Virus record (IMG/VR): IMGVR_UViG_3300042305_002284
Coordinates: 32,001 to 96,000 of that record
Direction: 5' to 3' (one strand)
Length of the DNA stretch: 64,000 bases
Origin: a virus
The position numbers and the translations under genes were made by a program. Under the pieces are notes generated by a model, which did no database searches, was not told the DNA's origin, and was given only the letters and a program-made list of their open reading frames with translations. Below are positions 57,058-64,000 of the stretch, one piece after another (the first letter of the stretch is position 1; each line of letters starts with the position of its first letter).

Positions 57058-60000
57058 ATGGCTAACAATAGTAGACCAATAAACAGAAGCGATCTTCGCA
57101 ATATGCCTACCTCAAAAAGAGGCAGAGTAAATCAGGAAAGAAGTCCATATAACCCAGACAACAGTCTTTTCAAAAGACTTACAAAACTATTTTCTGGTCC
57201 TATTGTCAACCGTCGTCAACAAAACTACAAAGGCGAGCGCCGCCGCCGTTTAGATAAATATCGCTTTCAATCAGCACAAGGTCAACAGTTCAAAAAAAGT
57301 TCTTACAATCCGTTTGATTATGTTCATTCGCAAAGCATGGCAAATCAAAACCGTGCCGAAAGATATGTCGACTTTGAGCAAATGGAATATTGTTTGCACG
57401 GAGATACAAAGATAGCAGTTCCAGGTGGTTATAAGACGATAAAAGCACTTGCCGAAGAATATGGAACAACACAAGAGTTTATTGTTTATGCTTACGATCA
57501 CACAAGAAAACAAATAGTTCCAGCATTTGGTAAGCAAGCAAGAAAAACCAGAACAGATCATGCCTGGAAAGTAGTTTTCGAAAATGGACAAGAAATAATA
57601 GGGACCGCTAATCATCGTCTTATGATGAGAGATGCTACCTATAAAAGAATTGATCAACTCATTGTTGGCGACAGCCTAATGCCTTTTTACAGAAAAGATC
57701 TAACTCACGGACAAAAAGATGAAGGCGAAGGTTATAGGTGGATCTACACAATGCACCAGGATTCAGATCGTAAAAAAGGCTGGATACCAGAACATACACT
57801 TATTGCTGAATGGGTTGCTGGTCGTAAAGTATTGCCAGAAGAAGTAGTGCATCATATAAACTTTATAAAATATGATAATAAACCAGAAAATTTGATAATA
57901 ATGAGTTCAAAAGAACATTTACGATATCATCAAAACACTGTCAACGAGCAAAGAAAAAATACTGAATGGTGGGATTCTTTTAGAGCCAAACATAGCGAAT
58001 GGATGAAGAAAAACAATCCAGCAGAAAGAAAAGATATAACTTTCGAAATAATATTAAGTCTTTGCGACCAATATGGATTCAATCAAAAAAACATTTGTTC
58101 TATGCTGGACACAGATTCAAATACCATAAAAAGAAGACTAAAAACAAAAGGTTTTGAAAGTTTTGAAATGTTTGCCAGAACTTATCAACCTAACTGGAAA
58201 AACGCTGGACAAGACAACAGGAAGAACAAAAATCCTCGTTATGATTCAAACATAACTTTCAAAAAAGTTTGTGATGCATATGAGCAAGGCATTTCATCAA
58301 CAGCACTTGCGAGAAAACTAAATACAACACCAGCAAAAATAGTAAATAGAATAAAAGAAAATGGCTTTTCTTCTTATAGTAATTTTACAAAAACATATCA
58401 CAATCACAAAGTATCAAAAATAGAATATTATGGCTTTATTGATCTATACGATCTTACAGTTGATGGATATAAAAATTTTGCTACTGATAGTGTTTTATCT
58501 CACAACACACCAGAACTTGCTTCTGCTTTGGACATATATGCTGATGAAATGACAACAAGTAACTCGCTTGAAAAAGTTCTCACAATTGATTGTCCTAATG
58601 AAGAAATAAAAACTATTTTACATACCCTTTATTATGATGTTTTGAATATTGAGTTCAACCTTTTTGGTTGGTCAAGAAATATGTGTAAGTTTGGTGATTT
58701 CTTTTTATACCTTGATATTGATGAGCGCGATGGTGTTAGAAATGCAATAGGTCTGCCACCATATGAAGTTGAGCGTATCGAAGGCGAAGATGAAAAAAAT
58801 CCAAACTATGTCCAGTTTCAATGGAATAGCGGTGGAATGACTTTTGAAAACTGGCAGTTAGGACATTTCCGTATTCTTGGCAATGATAAATATGCTCCAT
58901 ATGGAACAAGTGTATTGGAACCAGCCCGTAGAATATATCGCCAATTGACGCTTTTGGAAGATGCCATGATGGCTTATCGTATTGTTCGTTCTGCTGAACG
59001 TCGTGTATTCTATGTTGATGTAGGAAATGTTGCTCCTAATGATGTAGAGCAGTTCATGCAAAAAGCAATGACAGCGCTAAAAAGAAACCAAGTTGTTGAT
59101 GAGAAAACCGGTCGTGTAGATCTTCGTTATAACCCACTTTCAATTGAAGAAGACTACTTTATTCCAGTTCGTGGCCAACAATCAACAAAAATAGAAAGTC
59201 TTTCTGGCGGTCAATACACTGGCGATATAGAAGATGTAAAATATCTACGAGACAAACTATTTTCTGCTATAAAAATACCACAAAGTTATCTTGCTCGTGG
59301 CGAAGGCGGCGATGAAGATAAAACAACATTAGCTCAAAAAGATATTCGTTTTGCTAGAACCATTCAAAGACTACAAAGATCGATTATAAGTGAACTTGAA
59401 AAAATAGGAGTTATACATCTTTTCGTTCTGGGATACAGAAGCGAAGATCTTATCAAGTTCAAACTAAAACTAAACAACCCAAGTAAAATAGCAGAACTCC
59501 AAGAACTTGAATCATGGAAAACTAAGTTTGAAGTAGCAAGTGCTGCAACCGAAGGATATTTCTCCAAGCGTTGGGTTGCTAAAAAAATATTTGGTCTTTC
59601 CGACGAAGAGTTCCTGCGAAATCAGCGTGAAATGTTCTTTGACTTCAAGTTCAAGGCTGCGGTTGAGAAAGCAGGAACAGAACAAGAAGCTGCTGCTGGT
59701 GATGCAGATGCATTTGGTGGAGGTGCTAATATTGGTGCAACAGGTGCTGGTGGTGAAGACATGGGAGCCGGTATAGACCTGAGCACTCTTGGAGCAGAAC
59801 CAGAAGGAACCGCAACATCAACACCAGAATCACCAACGCCAGAAACACCCGCTGGTGGAGAAGAAGAAGCGGGTCCATTATTGGCAGCGCCAGGTAAAAG
59901 AGACGACAAACTAACAACCACTCCTGCTTCAAGGGGTAAAATGTATATGCCTGTAAAATATCGTGGTGGCGATAGCAGGCCAACAGGAGCAAGAACAAGA

Positions 60001-60270
60001 AGTTATCAGTCAAAGTTTAGCAAAGAGTTGAGCGGCGGTTCCAGTAGAAACGTATGGGGAAGTGGAACACAAGATCTGTTTGGTCTTGGCAATGGTATTT
60101 ACGAACAATATGAAAATAGTTATAGTGAAGAGATGTTGAGTGAAACAAACAAAAAACAAGACAACGATATTGTAGAACAAAAAATATTATCTAATAACGA
60201 AAACTTGAAACAACTAATAAGTTCTTTGGAGAAGAAAAATGCAACAAACAAAGAAAATGGCGAAGACTAA
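57058..60270 (+). CDS. Portal protein (T4 gp20-like) interrupted by an intein
   Basis: PELASALDIYADE, YGTSVLEPARR...QLTLLEDAMMAYRIVRSAERRVFYVDVGN, EEDYFIPVRG and DIEDVKYLRDKLFSAIKIP; directly after terL. Confidence 0.93.
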   Translation: MANNSRPINRSDLRNMPTSKRGRVNQERSPYNPDNSLFKRLTKLFSGPIVNRRQQNYKGERRRRLDKYRFQSAQGQQFKKSSYNPFDYVHSQSMANQNRAERYVDFEQMEYCLHGDTKIAVPGGYKTIKALAEEYGTTQEFIVYAYDHTRKQIVPAFGKQARKTRTDHAWKVVFENGQEIIGTANHRLMMRDATYKRIDQLIVGDSLMPFYRKDLTHGQKDEGEGYRWIYTMHQDSDRKKGWIPEHTLIAEWVAGRKVLPEEVVHHINFIKYDNKPENLIIMSSKEHLRYHQNTVNEQRKNTEWWDSFRAKHSEWMKKNNPAERKDITFEIILSLCDQYGFNQKNICSMLDTDSNTIKRRLKTKGFESFEMFARTYQPNWKNAGQDNRKNKNPRYDSNITFKKVCDAYEQGISSTALARKLNTTPAKIVNRIKENGFSSYSNFTKTYHNHKVSKIEYYGFIDLYDLTVDGYKNFATDSVLSHNTPELASALDIYADEMTTSNSLEKVLTIDCPNEEIKTILHTLYYDVLNIEFNLFGWSRNMCKFGDFFLYLDIDERDGVRNAIGLPPYEVERIEGEDEKNPNYVQFQWNSGGMTFENWQLGHFRILGNDKYAPYGTSVLEPARRIYRQLTLLEDAMMAYRIVRSAERRVFYVDVGNVAPNDVEQFMQKAMTALKRNQVVDEKTGRVDLRYNPLSIEEDYFIPVRGQQSTKIESLSGGQYTGDIEDVKYLRDKLFSAIKIPQSYLARGEGGDEDKTTLAQKDIRFARTIQRLQRSIISELEKIGVIHLFVLGYRSEDLIKFKLKLNNPSKIAELQELESWKTKFEVASAATEGYFSKRWVAKKIFGLSDEEFLRNQREMFFDFKFKAAVEKAGTEQEAAAGDADAFGGGANIGATGAGGEDMGAGIDLSTLGAEPEGTATSTPESPTPETPAGGEEEAGPLLAAPGKRDDKLTTTPASRGKMYMPVKYRGGDSRPTGARTRSYQSKFSKELSGGSSRNVWGSGTQDLFGLGNGIYEQYENSYSEEMLSETNKKQDNDIVEQKILSNNENLKQLISSLEKKNATNKENGED
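57391..58506 (+). mobile_element. Intein (372 aa) with HNH homing endonuclease in the portal gene
   Basis: Block A CLHGDTKI, block B GTANHRLM, HNH VHHINFIKYDNKPENL, block F LYDLTVDGYKNFAT and block G SHN|T; removal restores ...EQMEY-TPELASALD.... Confidence 0.93.
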
Positions 60271-61105
60271 ACACAATAAAAAGAGAAATACAGCATTTTT
60301 ATACGAAGTTATTATCCGTGAAATAACAAATGCTGTATTACAAAAAAATGAAGAACAAAAAAAGTTTCTTGTAAAAGTTTGTAAGTCTTTTTTCTCAAAT
60401 GGTAAGGTGTTAAAAAAAGAACTTGACCTATATCGTGCTGTCTATGAGTCGCACGAAGTTTCAAGCGATATTTCTCAAAAGATACTAAACGAAGCAAAGT
60501 TTCAATATGAAGGTTTGGATAAAAAAGAGATATTCAACGAACAAACAAAACTTATAAATATTCTAAACAAAATATCAAACGGAACAATGTTCAACACTTT
60601 TGTATCGGACTATAAAAATCTTGCCACGATATCTCAAATATTCAATAATAGTGTTCCAGTAAAAGAAAAAGTTTTATTAGAAACAGCAATAATAAGTAAA
60701 ATGACTTCATCCTCAGAAGATGCTGAAAAAGATAAACTGGCTACACTTGATTCTCTAACTTATAAGTTGTTTGTAAAGAAGTTCAACGAACAATATAGCA
60801 ATGCTCTCTTCTCAGAACAAAAAGAACTTCTAACAAAATATGTAATGAGTTTTGCTGATGGCGGCACAGAGTTCAAGTTATATCTAAACGAAGAAATAGA
60901 AAGAATAAAAACTTCTCTAAAAACAAGTCTTCAAGAAAAACAGTTTGCAGAAGATCGCTTTCTAAAAGATAAAACAAATATCGTATTAGAGAGAGTGGAA
61001 AACTATAAACAAAAGAGTATTGACAACTCTCTAATAGAAGAAGTTATGAAAATACAAAGTTTGATAAAAGAAATAGAATCAAAGGAAGAAACAAACAATG
61101 GCTGA
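60257..61105 (+). CDS. Hypothetical head-module protein
   Basis: MAKTKHNKKRNTAFLYE start; helical and rich in L-x-E sites; lies between portal and protease. Confidence 0.75.
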   Translation: MAKTKHNKKRNTAFLYEVIIREITNAVLQKNEEQKKFLVKVCKSFFSNGKVLKKELDLYRAVYESHEVSSDISQKILNEAKFQYEGLDKKEIFNEQTKLINILNKISNGTMFNTFVSDYKNLATISQIFNNSVPVKEKVLLETAIISKMTSSSEDAEKDKLATLDSLTYKLFVKKFNEQYSNALFSEQKELLTKYVMSFADGGTEFKLYLNEEIERIKTSLKTSLQEKQFAEDRFLKDKTNIVLERVENYKQKSIDNSLIEEVMKIQSLIKEIESKEETNNG

Positions 61106-61676
61106 CCTAAAAGTAAAGATCACGAGCACAGATCCGCAGCCAGATCAAGCCTTTGATGATATTCCGGCAGAAGAAACACCTGAAAAGAAAAAACAACTTT
61201 TTACAATAAAAGTAAAAGCAAGAAGAACTCTTGATGGAAATATTATTGTTTCAGATCATCCAGAGATTGATATTGTTATCATGCCTGACAAAATGCGAGT
61301 TATAACTTTTTCAAAAGAAAACTTTGACGATCACATTTACCAAACTCAAGATCGTTTTATGAAATATCTAACAAAAAAAGGCACAATAGTTTTTGACAGC
61401 ATAGCCAGCGGAAATGTATATGGTTCATTAGAAGCAAAAATAATAAAACCAATACAAGAGTTGCCAATAGACAATCTAATGCTGATGCTTGTATCCAAAT
61501 GGATAGAAAGTGAAAAACCGTCTGTTGCTTATCAAGAAGCGATAGAAGATGTTTATGTCGACAGCATTACTGAACCAAACGATAAAGAAAGCACAGAACT
61601 TGGCAAAGTTCCAGCAGCACAAGAAAAAGGTTCAGTTCCAATACACCAGGTTCGTCGCTATGCCTATGGTTTATGA
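61098..61676 (+). CDS. Hypothetical protein
   Basis: RBS AAGGA; clean ORF. Confidence 0.75.
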   Translation: MADLKVKITSTDPQPDQAFDDIPAEETPEKKKQLFTIKVKARRTLDGNIIVSDHPEIDIVIMPDKMRVITFSKENFDDHIYQTQDRFMKYLTKKGTIVFDSIASGNVYGSLEAKIIKPIQELPIDNLMLMLVSKWIESEKPSVAYQEAIEDVYVDSITEPNDKESTELGKVPAAQEKGSVPIHQVRRYAYGL

Positions 61677-61974
61677 TATCATAGTTTTTATTTTATCATG
61701 TGCCGGGGCCACACAAATATTGTGTTATGGAAGTATATTGGATAAAATAAGACCAAAAAACGGAATACTGGGAGAGTTATTCCGTTGTAGTATGTGTGTT
61801 GGTTTTCATGTTGGATATATTCTGTTTGTGTTATTCTGGATTGCTGGTGTGTCTATGTTTTCTAACTTTTACATTGGAGCACTTGTATTTGCGTTTATTT
61901 CTTCATATACCAGCTATGTGTGCGACAAAGTGTTGAGTGATGAAGGAATAATGATAAAAATAGCGAATAAATAA
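61666..61974 (+). CDS. DUF1360-like membrane protein
   Basis: About three hydrophobic segments and the GELFRCSMCVGFHVG (CxxC) motif. Confidence 0.65.
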   Translation: MVYDIIVFILSCAGATQILCYGSILDKIRPKNGILGELFRCSMCVGFHVGYILFVLFWIAGVSMFSNFYIGALVFAFISSYTSYVCDKVLSDEGIMIKIANK

Positions 61975-61985
61975 AAGTTACGAGA

Positions 61986-61993
61986 TATTTATA
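61986..61993 (+). promoter_or_regulatory. Putative late promoter TATTTATA
   Basis: aTATTTATAa followed by GAGG and ATG 62009. Confidence 0.55.
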
Positions 61994-62008
61994 AGTTGTG
62001 AGGTTTAT

Positions 62009-62125
62009 ATGAACCTAGTAGATCAAAATATTCGTAAATGGTTTCTTCCGCAGACCAATAGCCGTAGATGCTGTAAAGGAAGTTGTATCGTGCGGGTTGC
62101 GCCCGCATTCTACTTTAGTATATAA
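62009..62125 (+). CDS. Cys-rich 38-aa peptide, not in the ORF track
   Basis: MNLVDQNIRKWFLPQTNSRRCCKGSCIVRVAPAFYFSI; has its own RBS (GAGG) and promoter-like motif. Confidence 0.55.
   Translation: MNLVDQNIRKWFLPQTNSRRCCKGSCIVRVAPAFYFSI
62091..62107 (+). other. GC-rich hairpin TGCGGG-ttgcg-CCCGCA
   Basis: Perfect 6-bp stem in an AT-rich genome, followed by TTCTACTTT; terminator or regulatory RNA element. Confidence 0.55.
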
Positions 62126-62136
62126 GGATTTATCGC

Positions 62137-62712
62137 ATGAAAGTAACAAAACAAGAACTACAAAAAATTATAAAAGAAGAACTTGGTGCTATGGCAGCAA
62201 CGGGAGAACTTGAAGAAGGCTTTCTTGACAAACTGCTTGGCAAACAGCCAAGGTTTGGAGATTTTGTTACCGATGACGATGTAAAAAAGAAACTTGATGT
62301 AGTTCAAAAGAATCTCGGAGATCTACGAGGACTTGCTTCTAATCAAGGAAACAAAGAACTTGGCTTACAAGTAACAAAAATATCAAACGATGTGGCAGAT
62401 CTCTATAGTAAAACAACACCTAAAGGCCCAGAACTAAAAACAATAACCGATAAGCCAGAAGACATAACACTTCGCAATGCGAAAGAAGCACTCGCTGATC
62501 CAAAAAGAAGAAGTAAGTTATCAACACAAGGCTTGGTAAAAATACTATCTAAAATAGCTCCAACAGAAAAAGTCCCAACAGGTCCAGAAGGTGGAGTTGA
62601 TAGAGCAAAACTAATGAGTTTAGTTCAACAAAAATTACAAAATATACCAGACGCTAAAACATTTAAAGGTGGAAGACCGGCGAGGCTTCGTTCTCGTCCT
62701 GTTGGTGAATGA
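62137..62712 (+). CDS. Putative head-internal protein with an MKVTK..L..II.EE leader
   Basis: MKVTKQELQKIIKEE...LEEGFLDKL; RBS AAGGA. Confidence 0.65.
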   Translation: MKVTKQELQKIIKEELGAMAATGELEEGFLDKLLGKQPRFGDFVTDDDVKKKLDVVQKNLGDLRGLASNQGNKELGLQVTKISNDVADLYSKTTPKGPELKTITDKPEDITLRNAKEALADPKRRSKLSTQGLVKILSKIAPTEKVPTGPEGGVDRAKLMSLVQQKLQNIPDAKTFKGGRPARLRSRPVGE

Positions 62713-62727
62713 AATAAAGGTTTATAA

Positions 62728-63756
62728 ATGTCTTTTTCAGGTAAAGAGTTTGATGAAATATTACAAGAAGAAACCATAAAACTCCTTGAAGAAGAAGGGA
62801 TGAGTGAAGGTTTTCTTGATAAAATAAAAGACCTTTATAAAAGTTTTACAAAACCAAAGCCAAACACCTCGCAAGGTGTTGGTAAAGCATTTGCTGGTTT
62901 TAGATATAAACCACCAGCCCAACAAGTAAAAAAACAAGAGCCAGAAAAGCAACAAACACAAACCGGACTTGCAACAAAGAAGGCAGGCTCATTAGAGACG
63001 AGTAATGTTGATGATGATGAGCCACAAGATAAACAAGCAAGTGCTCCGACTGGAACATATGATTTAGGAACACAGCGTAAACTTCCACCTTCTCAACAAG
63101 CATCATCACCGGCAGGAGAAAATCCACCAGAAACATCTATTCCATCAGGCGAACTCCCACCATCCGATATTATACAAAAACGGTTACCTGCTCCACAAAA
63201 AATAGGCATCATGCCAGAATATCAACCTCTAATGCTTGATATAGATAAAATAGATTTTCAAAATTTAAGAGATAGAATAGTTTCTTTATTGCAGGATAAG
63301 CAAATATTTATCAACAAAGATGAAGCAGAAAAAAAAGAAATTATAAGACAAACAGAAACTGTTTTGAAATATCTTGTAACAACAAAAAGAGTTATACAAA
63401 ATCCAACTATTCGTCCACAAAATGAAAATACAACAAGACCAACTCCATCAATGCAGCAAGTTGGAGCAGTTGATTTTAATTCTTGGTATGTAAAAAGTCT
63501 TGTTCTAACTACTGAAAAATATTTCCAAGGTTCTATCAACAGCGATATTATAAAGTTTGTAATCGGCAGTTTATTTAGTGATGGACGTTTGGCAATAAGT
63601 CAAAGACTTTACAACAAACTAATACATACAAACGATCCAAGAATTACAGACAATTTAGACACAGAAGATGACGGCAAGAATATAAACGAATCAAAGTCTT
63701 ATAGCAACTTTTACAATAGTTGGAAAAAATACACCAAAACAGGAGTTACATTATGA
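62728..63756 (+). CDS. Putative head-internal protein
   Basis: ILQEE...LLEEE.MSEGFLDKI, sharing EGFLDK with the upstream gene; low-complexity Pro/Gln linker; C-terminal INES. Confidence 0.6.
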   Translation: MSFSGKEFDEILQEETIKLLEEEGMSEGFLDKIKDLYKSFTKPKPNTSQGVGKAFAGFRYKPPAQQVKKQEPEKQQTQTGLATKKAGSLETSNVDDDEPQDKQASAPTGTYDLGTQRKLPPSQQASSPAGENPPETSIPSGELPPSDIIQKRLPAPQKIGIMPEYQPLMLDIDKIDFQNLRDRIVSLLQDKQIFINKDEAEKKEIIRQTETVLKYLVTTKRVIQNPTIRPQNENTTRPTPSMQQVGAVDFNSWYVKSLVLTTEKYFQGSINSDIIKFVIGSLFSDGRLAISQRLYNKLIHTNDPRITDNLDTEDDGKNINESKSYSNFYNSWKKYTKTGVTL

Positions 63757-64000
63757 GCCAGTTTTTATTGAGAGAATATTTTGAACTCTGTGAAGGCGGT
63801 GTATGCCAAGATCTACTAACAGAAGCAGAAAAAAGTTTTGTAAAAAGCGGAGGCATGATGCTTTCCGGTGTTATACAGAGAGCAGATGCTAAAAATGGCA
63901 ATGGTCGTGTGTATCCAGAAAGTGTTCTGCGAAGAGAAGTAGAAAACTATAAAAAACTTATTGCCGAAAATCGTGCCCTTGGAGAACTGGATCATCCAGA
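63753..64000 (+). CDS. Prohead core protease (T4 gp21-like), 3'-truncated by the window edge
   Basis: ATG 63753 after AGGAG; translates MSQFLLREYFELCEGG...LSGVIQRADAKNGNGRVYPESVLRREVENY...RALGELDHP. Confidence 0.92.
   Translation, partial: MSQFLLREYFELCEGGVCQDLLTEAEKSFVKSGGMMLSGVIQRADAKNGNGRVYPESVLRREVENYKKLIAENRALGELDHP

Noticed and set aside
442-63539. All other short minus-strand and nested ORFs in the track
   Set aside because: They overlap confident plus-strand genes, lack RBSs or recognisable motifs, and the window is uniformly co-directional.
1-64000. Stop-codon reassignment (TAG or TGA), as in some large phages
   Set aside because: Genes up to 6.8 kb are intact in the standard code, TGA is widely used in ATGA couplings, and TAG ends at least two genes at sensible positions.
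1-64000. tRNA or rRNA genes
   Set aside because: Intergenic gaps are nearly all too short, and no cloverleaf or T-loop pattern was recognised in the longer ones.

Overview
This window is 64 kb of an AT-rich, large T4-superfamily-like (myovirus-type, probably jumbo) dsDNA phage. Every credible gene is on the + strand and uses the standard code. Gene order: (1) a ~11 kb glycosyltransferase and nucleotide-sugar locus; (2) a gp55-like sigma factor; (3) a ~35 kb baseplate/tail block with an M15-peptidase hub, spike, 2163-aa protein, gp25, gp6, giant LamG and FG-GAP proteins and DUF3751-like proteins; (4) RuvC, primase and a fused SbcD-SbcC (gp47-gp46); (5) a holin/spanin-like cassette and an Hc1 histone-like protein; (6) terminase large subunit, a portal carrying an HNH intein, putative head-internal proteins, and the start of the gp21-like prohead protease. 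Main observations: a dense [S/T]-G-S (also [S/T]-[A/S]-S) motif found mainly in outer tail/baseplate proteins, a candidate sequon for virion glycosylation by the phage's own glycan cassette; strong AATT/TTAA avoidance in the backbone that marks recently swapped modules, including the glycan cassette; a recurrent TATTTATA putative late promoter, the reverse complement of the T4 late promoter; and an intein in the portal. All calls come from motif reading by eye; no database searches were run.
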